Part shown: positions 28,585-40,726 of the stretch, one piece after another | How the letters are laid out: each line of letters begins with the position of its first letter | Numbering within the stretch: the first letter of the stretch is position 1 | Assembly (NCBI GenBank): GCA_963749495.1 | Contig: CAVVMW010000023.1 | Location: 829,698 to 893,697, forward strand | DNA length: 64,000 nucleotides | Direction: 5' to 3' | Origin: an uncultured bacterium | GTDB lineage: Bacteria > Verrucomicrobiota > Verrucomicrobiia > Limisphaerales > UBA8199 | Made by a program: the position numbers and the translations under genes | Notes under the pieces: generated by a model | What the model saw: only the letters and a program-made list of their open reading frames with translations | The model's database searches: none | Told to the model about the DNA's origin: nothing

Positions 28585-30903
28585 CTAACGCTCGGTGTTC
28601 TGCCACTCCAGTTTCTGGTGACGGGCCCGCAGACCCTGTGCCCGCGCGAACTCGTTCCGGGCGGCCTGAGTGCTTTCGGCCCATTTGCCCAGCGGATATA
28701 GTAACTCACGGTAGATGAGGTAGCTCATGTCCACCGTCCGCACTGGCCAGTGGTCTTTCACATCATCCACCCGATCCAGGTAGCGGCGGCCGTTGGCCTC
28801 AGGAACACGGGGGAACCAGCTCTGATACCAAGTCGCCACAGCGCTCTGGTAGGCCTGGTTTCGCCGCCGCCAAATGCGGCGGGCCAAGTCGAGCGCCTCA
28901 TCCAAGCGAGCCACCGCGCTCGCCGGGGCGTTCTGGGCCAGGTCCTGAGCGGCTTTCAACTCGCCGACGATGCGCTCCGAATCCAGAAGCATCTCCAGGT
29001 TCTGCCGGCATAATTGCGCCACCGACAGGAGCACCTCGAGGTTGTAATGGTTGAAGCGAACGCGCAACCGATTCTCCCGCAGCAGGCCCAGCAACTCGTC
29101 GTTCTCGGCCAGGAAGCCGCGAGCCAGTTCGAGGCGCCGGCGGTTCTGGGCTGACCAATCCCTGTCGAGTTTGAGTCCCTCAGCTGAAACCGGCAGCGGC
29201 GGCAGCGTCTGATCCTGCGCCGGCCGTGGTGGGTTGAAGATTCCGTGGGAATAGCCGAAGATCGGCGTTCGCGCCTGCGAGGGCGCGGTGTCCCAGCTCT
29301 CGTCCCAATATTGGGCCTGACGGTTCATCAACTGATACAACCGGGGCATGCTCGGCAGGTCCGCCCCATAGAACAGGGCGTAGAAAGTGCTCATCAACTC
29401 CTCCGGCTCGGAGGAGTCGGGATGCCAGGCGGCCGCGGACCCTGTGGCGTATCCGAGCCAGAACGTCTCCGGGTGCAAACCGGCGTCGGCCCAGCCGGCG
29501 ACAAACGCGCCCATCAGATCTGCCTGCCGGCGGGCTTCGGTCGAGGAGACCGAACGAAAGACCTCGGCCACACGGCCGGGGCCCGCGGCCTCGGTGCCAG
29601 GATGCAGCCGCTCCGCCGCCGCCAAGGGATAATAGTTGGGAAACAACGGCTCCTCACCCTCGGTCGAGGTGTAGATCAACTGGCGGATGCCGTGCGCCTT
29701 GAAGACCGGGTCGAATTCGGGTCCGGCCGTCTCGCCGTTGACCAGGTAGCCGGGCAGCGCCCCGATGTCCTCCGGCTTCAACGGGTATTCTCCCCAGAAC
29801 ACGACCGTGCGCCCCCGCTCGTGGAGATAAGTCGCCGCGCGCGAGATGAACTCGGCCAGGAGCTTGCTCCGGCCGCCCAGTTCGCGCGCTCGGGCTGCCT
29901 CGTCGCAACCCGTTCCCTCCGCCATGCCGACGTAGTAGGGCTCGTCGGTAGAGAGGACAAAGTACTTCCCGCCGCGGTTGGCATCCAGCAGGTCCTGGAA
30001 CAGGCCGAACAACACCTCGTAGGTCCGCGGATTCACGACACAGAACTCGTAGTTACAATTCGGAAACGCCCGCAGTGGCGCATAAGCCGGGTGCTTCAGA
30101 ATGAATGCATCATGGGCCGGGGCGTCCAGGTACGGGATGAGCTGGATGTGATAGCGCAGGGCATAGTCAGTGAGCTCCTGCAATTGGGCGGGAGTAAGGG
30201 CGTAGGGCTCGACAATCGGCGGAGCGCTCCGGAATTGGAAGTGCCCCTCCAGCTTGAGAGCAAAGCCGTTGATCTTGAAAAAGGCCGCCTGTCGGAGCGC
30301 CGCTTTGAGGACGTCCAGGTGCTCCAGATGATGGGCATCGTCCCAGTAGATGACGCGCAATTGGAGGTCGGGCCAATCCTGGATCTCCCCTTCCGGGAAC
30401 GTGAGACGGCCGCCCCGGCGCCCCAACAACTGGAGAAAGGTCTGCACCCCGTAAAACAGCCCCGGAGGAGCGTTGCCGATGATGCTCACGCGACTTGGCG
30501 TCAACGCAATCCGGTAGGCCTGCTCCGTCAGCGCCGCCCGGTCACGGTCGGCCGGTTGGCCGATCGCAACCGACCCCGGCTCGAGGGAAAGGGAAACGAC
30601 CCGGCCGCCAGCCTCGTTTCCGCCGGCCGGCTTGATCTTCAGATGAAAACGCTCCGCCAGTCCCTCCCTGAGACTGGCCACCGCCGCGTCGGTGGGCGCC
30701 ACGCCCGGCTCCAACCTCAGCCGCCAATCACTCGTGAACTCCGCGTCTTCCTGGCGGAGCGACACTTTCTGTGGCGCCGGCAACACGGGGTAGCCGCGAT
30801 CAAAAAGCGGTGACCCCACGGCGGCCGTGGCGCCGATGGCGGCGCCAGCGAAGGCCGCGGCCCAACAGGCCAATCGGTTCATCTTTCGGAGCCGTTCGCT
30901 CAT
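28585..30903 (-). CDS. beta-N-acetylhexosaminidase-like protein (GH20)
   Basis: EQAYRIAL...[12 protein letters not shown]...IQDWPDL domain 2; LSTDEPY catalytic DE; signal peptide. Confidence 0.8.
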   Translation of the reverse strand: MSERLRKMNRLACWAAAFAGAAIGATAAVGSPLFDRGYPVLPAPQKVSLRQEDAEFTSDWRLRLEPGVAPTDAAVASLREGLAERFHLKIKPAGGNEAGGRVVSLSLEPGSVAIGQPADRDRAALTEQAYRIALTPSRVSIIGNAPPGLFYGVQTFLQLLGRRGGRLTFPEGEIQDWPDLQLRVIYWDDAHHLEHLDVLKAALRQAAFFKINGFALKLEGHFQFRSAPPIVEPYALTPAQLQELTDYALRYHIQLIPYLDAPAHDAFILKHPAYAPLRAFPNCNYEFCVVNPRTYEVLFGLFQDLLDANRGGKYFVLSTDEPYYVGMAEGTGCDEAARARELGGRSKLLAEFISRAATYLHERGRTVVFWGEYPLKPEDIGALPGYLVNGETAGPEFDPVFKAHGIRQLIYTSTEGEEPLFPNYYPLAAAERLHPGTEAAGPGRVAEVFRSVSSTEARRQADLMGAFVAGWADAGLHPETFWLGYATGSAAAWHPDSSEPEELMSTFYALFYGADLPSMPRLYQLMNRQAQYWDESWDTAPSQARTPIFGYSHGIFNPPRPAQDQTLPPLPVSAEGLKLDRDWSAQNRRRLELARGFLAENDELLGLLRENRLRVRFNHYNLEVLLSVAQLCRQNLEMLLDSERIVGELKAAQDLAQNAPASAVARLDEALDLARRIWRRRNQAYQSAVATWYQSWFPRVPEANGRRYLDRVDDVKDHWPVRTVDMSYLIYRELLYPLGKWAESTQAARNEFARAQGLRARHQKLEWQNTER

Positions 30904-32900
30904 TTCGTGCCTCCAGCGGCAAGCTGGTTCTGGCACCACAGATAGAAGGGGGCGCTGGCCAGCCCGCCCCAACTGTCGGGCTTCATGGTCCTCTCGAATC
31001 CGGCCTGGAACTCCGGGCAGTACGGCGCCAGGGCCGACCAGGGCCGCTGTAAGGCCTTCCCCGTCGCGATCAGGTCGTCGAGGTCCTGCCGGCTGAAAAC
31101 CAGACCGTGCTCGTAGGCGTCCACAATGCCCGTGAGGTTGATCTGGTAATAACCGCCATTGGGGTGTACGCCGACCCAATGCTTGGTACTCCTGCCGTCG
31201 GGCTTGTAATCCCACGGACCGGCCGGCTCCCAGTAGTTCCACAGCTCGTATGTCCCGTCCGGCTTCTGCTTCTGTTTCAGGCGGCTCTTGAGGAGCTTGA
31301 ACCACTTCTCGGCGTGCTCCTTGTAAACGTCCTTGCCGGTCACGTCCCACATCGCCAGCATCCAGCGAGCGACGTGGTTGGCCTTGTTGTCGGGGTGCGA
31401 GAAGGCCAGGTTGGGGTCGTGCCGCGCCTCGGGCCCGGCAGTCCAATTGCCATCTTTGTCAAGACCGTAATAACCCACGACCGAGATCAATCCGCCGTCC
31501 TTGGTTTGGCGCCAGCCGCCGCGCTTGTCCCATTTCTCGTAGAGCTGCTCGGCGAGTTTGAGATAGCTCTCGGCCTTGGCGCCATATTTCTCCTTCAGGG
31601 CGAGGCGCTTGAGGATTTCACCGGACATCAGAACGATGGGGCGGAAAACCATCGCGTCGCCGAGCATGCTGTCCCCGAAGAGCCGGTCCAGGCCATCCAC
31701 CTGCGTGCCGTGAGGATCCTTGCCCGGCCAGCCCACGTAACCGTCCGGCTCCTTCACCGCCCGTTTGATAAGGGAGTCCGCCCATTCCACTTCCTGGTCC
31801 ACCCACTTGGTGTCCTGGGTGGCCATGTAGCCGTAATAGAAGCCGTCCATGAAGGGCGTCATCAACCAGGCGATGTCCTCGCCCACCGCCTTGTCGCAAT
31901 AGCGGTTCCGCTCCTCATTGATCAGGTTCTTTTCCCAGCGGGCCAGCCATTCCTTGGCCTTGGCCTCGTCCATCCTGGCCATCTTCCATTCCTTCCTGAA
32001 GTCGCGCGTCGGCCGCTGCGTGGCCGCTTGCCCCAGGCAGGCCTCAACAAACTCCCGGAGCACCTTCGTCGCCGGATCACCCGCGGTTCCGAGGTTGTCA
32101 TTGAGTTTGCTGTGATTCGTTTCCTTCGCTCCAAAGACGGTCGTCTTCACTCCCGCTGCTTTCAGCACGGCGCCGAGACGAAACGCCTGGGCACTGGTGT
32201 CGGGATGATCGGCGACATGTAGAATCAAGAAAGGCGGAATATTCTTGTCCTTCGCCACGTGTGTCACCGCGGAGTATTCGCGATGCTTTTCCGCCGTGTT
32301 GCCAAACTTCTCGCGATGCCCGAACCGCGGCTGCGGTTGGCCATGCACCCGGCAACGCGTCTCCTCCGTCTCGATAATCGCCGGCACGTCATACGTATCC
32401 CCATCGACCGGCACGCAGCCAACGAGGTCGGTGAACGCGATCCCTTCCGCCTTCAAGTAGCGATCGTCCGTGCAGAGCAACGCCGCAAGCTGGGCGCCCG
32501 CGGAATGGCCCCCGACGAGCACGCGCCTGGCATCACCGCCGTATTCAGCGATGTGGTCATGCACCCACCGAAACGATTTGGCGACATCGCGGGAAATCTC
32601 GATCATCTCGACTTTCGGCAGCAGACGGTAGTTCACCGATACGAAGACAAAGCCCTTCTCCACAAAGAACCGTGGCTTCTCCGCCACGTCGCTCTTATCG
32701 CCCCCCTGCCAGCCGCCGCCGTGAATCCAAAACACTACCGGCGCATTCTTCGCTGAGAACGATGCACACACATCGAGCGTGTGAAGCGGACTCGCCGGTT
32801 CGGCATAAACGATGTCCTGTTTTTTAGTTATCCCGCTCTCTTGCGCGGAAGCCAGCGGCAGCAGCGCAGTGATAATAGACAGGGTTAAGATGGCATTCAT
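30900..32900 (-). CDS. fusion of alpha/beta hydrolase (HSL-like esterase) and an unrelated alpha/alpha-toroid-like domain
   Basis: [20 protein letters not shown] in the first ~290 aa; second half Trp/Tyr-rich with HPDNKANH. Confidence 0.75.
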   Translation of the reverse strand: MNAILTLSIITALLPLASAQESGITKKQDIVYAEPASPLHTLDVCASFSAKNAPVVFWIHGGGWQGGDKSDVAEKPRFFVEKGFVFVSVNYRLLPKVEMIEISRDVAKSFRWVHDHIAEYGGDARRVLVGGHSAGAQLAALLCTDDRYLKAEGIAFTDLVGCVPVDGDTYDVPAIIETEETRCRVHGQPQPRFGHREKFGNTAEKHREYSAVTHVAKDKNIPPFLILHVADHPDTSAQAFRLGAVLKAAGVKTTVFGAKETNHSKLNDNLGTAGDPATKVLREFVEACLGQAATQRPTRDFRKEWKMARMDEAKAKEWLARWEKNLINEERNRYCDKAVGEDIAWLMTPFMDGFYYGYMATQDTKWVDQEVEWADSLIKRAVKEPDGYVGWPGKDPHGTQVDGLDRLFGDSMLGDAMVFRPIVLMSGEILKRLALKEKYGAKAESYLKLAEQLYEKWDKRGGWRQTKDGGLISVVGYYGLDKDGNWTAGPEARHDPNLAFSHPDNKANHVARWMLAMWDVTGKDVYKEHAEKWFKLLKSRLKQKQKPDGTYELWNYWEPAGPWDYKPDGRSTKHWVGVHPNGGYYQINLTGIVDAYEHGLVFSRQDLDDLIATGKALQRPWSALAPYCPEFQAGFERTMKPDSWGGLASAPFYLWCQNQLAAGGTK

Positions 32901-33111
32901 AAGCTGAGCGTAGTTGACCCTGTTCCATGACGCTTTCGTACCAGAACGTCTTGAGCCGAGGGCCACTGCTGGATGGCCGAATTCAAGACTCTCGCGTCGG
33001 TTCGGTCAAGCTCAGATTGGTCCCCCGTGCTTGGGGGCTGAAGAGTTGGGACGTGGCGGTGGATGGTTTATCTGCTGGCACCGGCACCGTGCGCGGATTT
33101 AAGCTTGGGTC

Positions 33112-34607
33112 ATGATGCGACGAAGAAGCTTCCTGAAATGCGCGGGTGCGGGCGCGCTGACGCTTGGGTTGCGCGGCATTGGCCTGGCGGCATCCACAGC
33201 CTCCGGAGTCGCAGGCGCCAATGATGATGTGCGCCTGGCGGTGGTGGGGATCGGCTCGGCCGAAGCCAAAGGGGGCGTCGGCGGCCGGGGACGCCAACTC
33301 ATCAGTGCCCTGCGGAAAGTTCGGGGAGCGCGGATTGTCGCGTTATGCGACGTTGACCAGAAGGATCCTGGCGCGCCAAGCCGGCGAGTTGAAGGAGCGA
33401 GGGCAGGCGGTTGCCGTTTACGGGGATCTCCGCCGGGTGTTTGATAGCAACGAGGTGGACGCCGTCATCCTGGCCACGCCCAACCACTGGCATGCGCTGG
33501 CCACCATCTGGGCCTGCCAGGCGGGAAAGGACGTCTATGTGGAAAAACCGATCTCGCACAACATCTGGGAAGGCAGGCAAATGGTGGCGGCCGCTCGGAA
33601 GTACGGCCGCATCGTCCAGTCCGGAACGCAAGCCCGAACCAGTTCCGCCCTGCAGGAAGCCGTCGCCTGGGTCCAGCGCAGCGAGATCGGCCCCATCCAA
33701 TTCGGACGAGTCCTCCTGTACCGGGAGCGCTCGAGCATCGGCAAGGTCACGGCCCCGACGCCGATCCCCCGGAAGTGGATTACGACCTGTGGTGCGGCCC
33801 GGCCGACAAGCTGCCGCTCAGGCGTCAACAGTTGCACTACGACTGGCATTGGGTCTGGCCCACCGGGTCGGGCGAGATGGGCAACAACGGCGTTCACCAC
33901 ATCGATGTGTGCCGTTGGGCGATGAACCTGGACACCGCGGCCCCGCGGGTGATGAGCCTGGGTGGACGGTTCGGTTTCAACGATGACGGTGAAACGCCCA
34001 ACACGCACGTGGCCCTGCTCGATTACCAGCCGACTCCGATTTACTGCGAGGTTCGCGGGTTGCCGGAGAAAAAGGGCTCAAACGTGATGGACTCCATTCT
34101 AAACACCAGGTTAGGCGCGGTGATCCACTGTGAGGGCGGTTATTTTGCCGGGCTCATCTCAGTGGCGCGGCTTTCGACACCCAGAGGAAAAAGATCCGGG
34201 AATTCGGTCCCACCACCTGGGAGGCGATGGACTCCGGGCATTTGGCCAATTTCGTGGCCGCAACGCGCAGCCGGAAGGTTACGGATTTGAACGCCGATGT
34301 TCTCCAAGGACATCTCTCCGCCACCTGCTGTCACCTGGCCAACATCTCGCATCGCTTGGGCCGGGCCGCCGCTCCGGAGGCCGTCGTCGAGCCGATGAAG
34401 ATCGATCCCGTGTTGGCGGATGCGGTCGCCCGTTATCACGAGCACCTGCGCGCGAACGATATTGCCTTCGCTGGCAACGAAATCCTCGGACCAGCGCTGT
34501 CGTTCGACCCCAAACTGGAGCGCTTCACCGGTGAATTTGGCTACCGGGCCAATTCGCTGCTCCGGCGTGCCTATCGCGGTTCATTCGCGGTGCCGAGCCT
34601 TAGTTGA
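33112..34607 (+). pseudogene. Tat-exported Gfo/Idh/MocA oxidoreductase broken by three frameshifts (~33361, ~33770, ~34158)
   Basis: RRRSFLK; ATPNHWH, KDVYVEKP; DYDLWCGP, GEMGNNGVHHID; CHLANIS spread over four ORFs. Confidence 0.85.
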
Positions 34608-34651
34608 GATTTGCTTGCCAAGCCCCGGGTGGCGGTCAACGATCGGCACCC

Positions 34652-36868
34652 GTGAAGACTACCGCGCGCTTGCTTTTCATTCTGCTGATCCTCGGGGGTG
34701 TCGCAAAGCCTGGCACCGCACGGGGCAGCGAAAACTCCTCAACCAATCCCTCGGCGGCGGTCTCGGCCATTGGGCAACAGCCTTTCTCCATCGAATGGCC
34801 GGCCGAAGGCCAATTCCCGGCGGATGTTTCCTTCTTGTTGCCAGCGCCGGCGGGGAAAGCGGGCTTCATCCGCGCCAAGGACGGACACCTGGTACTGCCC
34901 GACGGCGCGCGCTTCCGCATCTGGGGGCTGAACGCGACCATGCAAGCGGGGCTGCCGTCAAAGGAGCACGCCCCCATTGTGGCTGCCAACCTGGCGCGCC
35001 GCGGCGTGAACTGCGTGCGCTTTCACTTCCTCGATCGCCTGGCGCCGGTGGGATTGATCGCCGCCGATCGGAACGACACGCGCGCCTTGGATGCGCAGCA
35101 GTTGGATCGGCTGGACTTTTTCATCGCCGAACTGAAGCAGCGGGGGATTTACGCCGACCTGAATCTGAACGTGGGCCGAACCTACAAAGCCGGCGACGCC
35201 GTGCGTGATTTCGAGTGGCTGGGCTTTCCCAAGGGCTTGACCTATTTCGACGAGCGCCTGATCGAGCTGCAGAAGGAATACGCCGGTCAGTTGCTGAGGC
35301 ACACCAATCCCTACATCGGCAAGGCCTACCGGGACGAGCCGGCGGTGGCGTTGGTGGAGTTCGTGAACGAGAACTCGCTGGTGGAAGCGTGGTTCAGCGA
35401 CCGGCTGCTGGGTCAGCAGACGAACCGGCCTGCCGGCACCTGGCATGACATTCCGCCGAGTTACGCCGCGGCGCTGACGGCGAAGTACAACGCGTGGCTC
35501 AATCGGCGGTTCCCGGCGGAGACCTTGTCGCGCTTGCGGGCCGAGGTTGGCGTCGGCCCCGGCGAGCCGATGCCCCGGTTGCGTCGGGATCAGTTCGAAA
35601 AGGCCTCGAACGAACGCTTCCAGGCCGAGGCCGGGTTCTATATGGAGGTGGAGCGGGAGTTCTTCACGATGATGTCGCGTTACCTGCGCGAGGACCTGGG
35701 CGTGAAGTCGCTCCTGATCGGCAACAGCGACCACAATCACGGACGCTCGGGCTATCCGATCCTCGCCGGCGCATCGCAGTTCGACGTGGTGGATGGGCAC
35801 GTGTACTGGCAGCACCCGAATTACCGCACGGACCCGAAGACGGGCCGGCAGACTGGGTTCGACATTCCGAACACGGCGATGGTAGATGACCCGTTGCACT
35901 CGACGGTGGTGCAACTGTCGCGCTCGGCGGTGGCCGGCAAGCCCTACACGGTCTCGGAGGTCAACCATCCGTTCCCGAACGAATACGCCTGCGAGGGAGT
36001 GCCCATCCTGGCGGCCTACGCGGCGTTCCAGGACTGGGACGGCGTCTTCTGGTACACGCTCGCGCACAGGGATGTTTTGGGGCTTGAGCCCGTGGTCGCC
36101 GGGCATTTCGATTTTGCCCAAGATCCGGTCAAGCTGAGCCAACTCGCCGCCGGCGCGCTCCTGTTCCTGCGTGGCGACGCGCGGACGGCGGCGCGGACGG
36201 TGGGCCGCTCTTACACGATGGAGCAGGTGCGCGAGAGCCTCCGGTTGCCCTGGGCGGAGCAACCGTTCTTCACACCGGGTTTCCCGCTCACGCTGCCGCT
36301 GCAGCACGCCATGCGCGTGAGCTCGTTCGAGGGCCCGCCGGCCGGTTCCTTTGAAGGCACGGCGACCACCCCGATTCAGTCGGACACGGGCGAGCTGGGC
36401 TGGCAATGCGTCGGGAGAGGTTCCGGATTGGTCGTGGTCAACACGCCGCGCTCGCAGGCCTTGATTGGCTATTGCGGCGGACGGCGGCCGACGACCGAAA
36501 ACCTCGAGGCCGGAGTGAACGTGCCGTTTTGCGCCATCACGGCCAGCTCGCTGGACGAAAAACCGATCGCCGACGCCGACCGCTTGCTGGTCACGGCGAC
36601 GGCGCGGGTGGCGAACTCGGGCATGGAGTGGAACGACCGGCGCACCTCGCTCACGGCTTGGGGAAAGCCGCCGACATGCATCGAGCCGGTGACTGGCGAG
36701 TTGGTGCTCAAGAACCTTCGCCGGGTCCGGAGTGTCTCGGTCCAACCGCTGGACGGCGCGGGCCGTCCGCTGGGCGGGTCAATTCCGGCGCGGCCGTCCA
36801 GCCAAGGATGGACGTTCCGCCTGGGTGAACCGGCCACGACGTGGTTCGTCGTGGAGGTGGGCCGATGA
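34652..36868 (+). CDS. secreted clan GH-A glycoside hydrolase (GH5-like)
   Basis: FRIWGLN, GVNCVRFH, FVNENS acid/base motif, HVYWQHP, KPYTVSE nucleophile, FQDWDG. Confidence 0.8.
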   Translation: MKTTARLLFILLILGGVAKPGTARGSENSSTNPSAAVSAIGQQPFSIEWPAEGQFPADVSFLLPAPAGKAGFIRAKDGHLVLPDGARFRIWGLNATMQAGLPSKEHAPIVAANLARRGVNCVRFHFLDRLAPVGLIAADRNDTRALDAQQLDRLDFFIAELKQRGIYADLNLNVGRTYKAGDAVRDFEWLGFPKGLTYFDERLIELQKEYAGQLLRHTNPYIGKAYRDEPAVALVEFVNENSLVEAWFSDRLLGQQTNRPAGTWHDIPPSYAAALTAKYNAWLNRRFPAETLSRLRAEVGVGPGEPMPRLRRDQFEKASNERFQAEAGFYMEVEREFFTMMSRYLREDLGVKSLLIGNSDHNHGRSGYPILAGASQFDVVDGHVYWQHPNYRTDPKTGRQTGFDIPNTAMVDDPLHSTVVQLSRSAVAGKPYTVSEVNHPFPNEYACEGVPILAAYAAFQDWDGVFWYTLAHRDVLGLEPVVAGHFDFAQDPVKLSQLAAGALLFLRGDARTAARTVGRSYTMEQVRESLRLPWAEQPFFTPGFPLTLPLQHAMRVSSFEGPPAGSFEGTATTPIQSDTGELGWQCVGRGSGLVVVNTPRSQALIGYCGGRRPTTENLEAGVNVPFCAITASSLDEKPIADADRLLVTATARVANSGMEWNDRRTSLTAWGKPPTCIEPVTGELVLKNLRRVRSVSVQPLDGAGRPLGGSIPARPSSQGWTFRLGEPATTWFVVEVGR

Positions 36869-36993
36869 CGGCGATGTCAGTACACGAAAGGCCTATTTCA
36901 CGTCCGACGCGAAGGGAAGGCGCACCGTTTGCCGTTTGGCTGTACCGGAAAGACCGGCAGGGCCGACGCTGCCGTGATGAGCGGCGTCGCTTC

Positions 36994-39081
36994 TTATTTG
37001 CGCATCCTGGCCATCGCCCGCCGGGCCTCCTCCGCCAGCATGACCGGCGTTAGGCCTTTCCGGAAAGTGTTGAAACCGAAGGGCGTGGGCGCATAGGTCC
37101 CCACCAAATCCACGTTGGTCTTTGGCGGAATCCGGTCCTCCAGGCCGAGCGTCCAAAAACAGGCGTTTACCACCATTCGGCGGAAGCTTTCGCTCTCGAA
37201 ATCCTGGCTCGCCCCCATGGTCGTCATGAAGACCCGGGCGCTGCCCCTGGCTGTTGGATACGATTTCGTCCACGCCAGCGGCATCTGCGGTTTGTCGCTG
37301 GGCCCGTCGTCGGGCCTCATGCCGCGCAAGACCTTCCCCATCACCAGCACTTGGCCGTCATCCGGGATGGGAGTCCTAATGGTGTAAACGTCCGTAGGAC
37401 CCCACAGGGTTTCCACGCCGCGCAAGATAGGATGCGACTTCATGGCTTCGACGAGAACGCCGCGGGTACTTTCCTGGCCGTGTGCGCCGTGGTGGGAAAC
37501 CCAGGTGGAACCGAGCACCTGCTGGCCAAAGCCGTCGGCATAGTCGGGGCCATGATTGTCCGAACTGTACTTAAAAAAGCGGCTGCCGGGCGCATTACGG
37601 AAAGCCACCACCGCGGGCCGGACGCCAACGACCGGCCGGCCGGATTCAAGATAGGCATCAACGAACTTCATTTGTTCATCGGGCAATTGACGGAATCGGG
37701 TGCAGACAACCATCAGGTCGGCCCCGGCAAGCGCCTCCAGGCCGGGAATGTTGTCGACGGTATTCGGGTCAATTTCGCCGGTCTGCTTGTTGATGGCAAA
37801 GAGCACGGTGCATTTGAAACCGTGCCGTCCAGCCAGGATTCGCGCGAGCATCGGCAGCGATTCCTCGGAGCGGTATTCCTCATCACCGCTAACCAAGACA
37901 ATGTGCTTGCCGACGCCGGGCCCGTTGGTGCCCTCAAGCACGAAGCTGCTGGAAGCGGGAACGACGAAATCCAACGGCCAGCCTTGGAAGAAACGCGCGA
38001 GGGCAGCGATGCTGCGATCGTTGCCTTGGAAGGAATCCACCGGGCGGCTTAAGTAGGTGGCTACGGGCAGGGGCAGCGAGTCGGACCCAGGCTGGCTGAA
38101 GCCGTAGATCCCATACGCGGCCAGGGCTGGGTCGGCGAGGACCTCGCGCGTCTTGTGGCGATCGCCCCAGCCGGCCAGGCAAAGCACCTGACGGGCATGA
38201 GCGCCGAACATCGGGGCGACCTCTTTCATCGCCGCGGGCGTCCCCGATTCGTCCATCATCCAGTCCACCTCCCGGAGTAGCCTTGAGTTCGCGATGGAAG
38301 GGTCGTGAACTTGGTTGCAGGAGAGCCAGATGACACATTCTGGATTCACCGCCTTGGCGGCCTCGTGGATGCGCGCCCAGCACCGATCGATGGCTTTGCG
38401 CTCGTAGTCCAGGCGCTCGGCGGCGCCGAGTTGGTCCTCGCCTGGAAAAGGCTTTCCCAGCAGTTGCTCGAAGAGGTGTTTTTCGGCAACCAGCCAACGA
38501 CCGCCGTTAGCCTCCCTGCGCACCGCATCGGTCGGGCACCAGACCCAATCGATCATAAAACCGTCCATGCCGGTCTTCCGCAGGGCGTCCTGGACGGAGG
38601 CGCAAAGGAAATCGAGGTAATCGTCGGTGAAGGGCAGATGGTAGGCACTGGGAAATCCATAGCTCAGGTTGGGGTGTTGCTGGCCCCAGCGGGTGTTGGC
38701 GCCCACGCAGAAATACCCAAACACCAGCATCCGTTTCTGGTGCCCCAACCGCACCAACTCACGCAAAAAATCATGTTGCAGGCCTGGCTGCTCGGGCACG
38801 ACACCGTCCTTGTACCATGCGTAGCCGTTGCACGAGACGGCGAATGTCTGGATGACGTTGCACCCGAGTCGCCCATACCAAGCCACGTGCTCCACTGGAT
38901 CCGCATCCGCCCAGAGGCCGGACCTGGCAAAGCCGTTCGGTCCGTCCGGTCCCCAGTTGAAGTCGGAGCAGAACGCCTTGATGGGGCCGTTAAGGATCGC
39001 GTTGCGCCACTCGGAGGCTTCCACGCCCAGAGCTGCCGGCGCAAGAACGCCGGCGACGACGAAGTAAATCCAGTTCATCAT
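36994..39081 (-). CDS. fusion of a GH29-like barrel and a ThuA-like domain
   Basis: QTFAVSCNGYAWY, DFLRELV, DGFMIDW; then KHIVLVSGDEEYRSEE...RVFMTTMG. Confidence 0.7.
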   Translation of the reverse strand: MMNWIYFVVAGVLAPAALGVEASEWRNAILNGPIKAFCSDFNWGPDGPNGFARSGLWADADPVEHVAWYGRLGCNVIQTFAVSCNGYAWYKDGVVPEQPGLQHDFLRELVRLGHQKRMLVFGYFCVGANTRWGQQHPNLSYGFPSAYHLPFTDDYLDFLCASVQDALRKTGMDGFMIDWVWCPTDAVRREANGGRWLVAEKHLFEQLLGKPFPGEDQLGAAERLDYERKAIDRCWARIHEAAKAVNPECVIWLSCNQVHDPSIANSRLLREVDWMMDESGTPAAMKEVAPMFGAHARQVLCLAGWGDRHKTREVLADPALAAYGIYGFSQPGSDSLPLPVATYLSRPVDSFQGNDRSIAALARFFQGWPLDFVVPASSSFVLEGTNGPGVGKHIVLVSGDEEYRSEESLPMLARILAGRHGFKCTVLFAINKQTGEIDPNTVDNIPGLEALAGADLMVVCTRFRQLPDEQMKFVDAYLESGRPVVGVRPAVVAFRNAPGSRFFKYSSDNHGPDYADGFGQQVLGSTWVSHHGAHGQESTRGVLVEAMKSHPILRGVETLWGPTDVYTIRTPIPDDGQVLVMGKVLRGMRPDDGPSDKPQMPLAWTKSYPTARGSARVFMTTMGASQDFESESFRRMVVNACFWTLGLEDRIPPKTNVDLVGTYAPTPFGFNTFRKGLTPVMLAEEARRAMARMRK

Positions 39082-39159
39082 TCCGGCCGAAACGGATACA
39101 CGGGCCGATGGGCGAACTCAAGTTTGACTGGGCGCGTAGCTTGAGCATCCTGAGCGGGC

Positions 39160-39453
39160 ATGGAACTGGATATCGAGCGCGCTGGACTGCACTCCTGCCC
39201 ATCGTCTGTAGTGCAGCCTCCTCGGATTGCGGAGTCCCCTGCCGGTCTGGAGTGCAAGGAATGGGGCACGCTCCACATCAGGGACAACGGAATAGTCATC
39301 GGTTTGATCAAGCGGGTTCATCTGCGCGACGAGCTGTTTGATATCGAAAAGAAGCGCGTGAGGAGCGAGCATCTCTTTCTCATCGGCCGGATGGCTTCGC
39401 CGCACTGGTATCGCCGCACCCGGGAGCGATGCGAAATGATTCGCCCGGAATGA
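39160..39453 (+). pseudogene. flavin reductase-family gene reduced to its start and C-terminal half
   Basis: AGLHSCPSSVVQPPRIAESPAGLECK...IGRM..PHWY present; the N-terminal PRPIA-type half is absent. Confidence 0.7.
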
Positions 39454-39500
39454 ACGAAAGCATCGCGTCACGCAGTGGCTTCCTCTTGCCGATCGCCCCC

Positions 39501-39707
39501 TCATTTCCCTGGCTGCAACTGCCCGTCGAGCCACGTGAATGCCTCGTCCTGCATCGGGACGTTGAATTCATGGGGCGCATCAAAGAGGCGGGTGACCAGG
39601 CGATCCCCAGCCTTTTGTGACTCCCAGACCTGGCGCATCTTGTCAAAGGCTTCCTGGATCGATTTGGCCGGAAAGAGCGGGTCGCGACTGCCACACAGGA
39701 ACATCAT
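39501..39707 (-). pseudogene. C-terminal remnant of a dienelactone hydrolase-like/acetylxylan esterase gene
   Basis: MFLCGSRDPLFP...DAPHEF (catalytic Asp/His region only); ATG overlaps the upstream TGA. Confidence 0.65.
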
Positions 39708-40726
39708 TTGCGTTTCTCCGGTGACCTGGCCAGCAGCAGGCCCAAGGGTTCGTCGGGTTTAGGCTCTGCCAGCAAGCGGGCGGCGTCACGGTGCTGAAGA
39801 TAAAACGCCAGGACCTCCTCGAAATAGACGAGCCCTTCCGGCGGCGCCGAGCCGTAGCCGATGCGCCCCTCGCGGCAGTCGCGGCTGGCGTCACGGTCGG
39901 CAGGTTTGCGGTAGAGGCCGTAGAGTTCCTTGCGATCCTTCACTTTGCCCGTGCTGACCTCCCAGCCCTCGAGCCCGCTCAAGATCATCCCGGTCCGCTG
40001 CCACCCCAGAATGCGGGCGCGGAGCACTATCTCAATCGCGTCCAGCCACTTGGAGTCCGGCCCCAGCGCCCGCGCCGCCTGGGTCAGTTGCCAGGCATGC
40101 TCCAGGCCCTGGCTGATGATGACCGCGCTCGAGCGTGCCCGATCTACTCGCGCCTCGACCACCCGTGGCCACTGCGCATCTGGAAAGTGAAGCCGCTGCC
40201 AGCGGTAGAACCGGTTCGTCTCCACGATTTCGAGACTGGGCTCCTCGCTCGAAGTCCGTGGCGGGGCGACCAGCCGCAGGTCCGTCTTCCGGCCGTCCTT
40301 CCATGCCAGTTGGAGAGATTCACCGGTTGTGGACAGCGTCACTGGGAAATCTTCAGGTGTCTCAGCCGTCGCATTGGTGGCTTTGAGCGTGCATGCCACG
40401 GGTTGCAGGCTCGCAAACCGACGGCAGAAGGTGACCTGCGCGCGGCGGGCAGTGCGGGGTTCCGCGTTGGTGGCAGGACACCAGGAAAGTACCCGCAGCC
40501 CGACAGGCTCTATCACCTGGCCTGCCCGGAGGATCACGACTTGGTTGGTGCCCAAAAACCCGCGTGGCAGTGGGAGAGACGTTCTGACGAGTTGTTCGCC
40601 GGTCGCGGTGGGCGTCACGGTGAAGTTCACGTTCAGGTTGCCGGGAGTCTCACCGGAAGCCACGAGCTTTGTCGCAAGCCATAGGAGACCGGCCAGCAGG
40701 AGCGGAAGGACTCGTGGTGTTTTCAT
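39704..40726 (-). CDS. secreted hypothetical protein, possibly internally deleted
   Basis: Signal peptide and beta-rich N-terminus join abruptly to a helical C-terminus near 40135. Confidence 0.55.
   Translation of the reverse strand: MKTPRVLPLLLAGLLWLATKLVASGETPGNLNVNFTVTPTATGEQLVRTSLPLPRGFLGTNQVVILRAGQVIEPVGLRVLSWCPATNAEPRTARRAQVTFCRRFASLQPVACTLKATNATAETPEDFPVTLSTTGESLQLAWKDGRKTDLRLVAPPRTSSEEPSLEIVETNRFYRWQRLHFPDAQWPRVVEARVDRARSSAVIISQGLEHAWQLTQAARALGPDSKWLDAIEIVLRARILGWQRTGMILSGLEGWEVSTGKVKDRKELYGLYRKPADRDASRDCREGRIGYGSAPPEGLVYFEEVLAFYLQHRDAARLLAEPKPDEPLGLLLARSPEKRK

Noticed and set aside
30904..31446. N-terminal extension of the GH20-like ORF
   Set aside because: Overlaps the upstream gene in another frame; the signal peptide begins after 30903.
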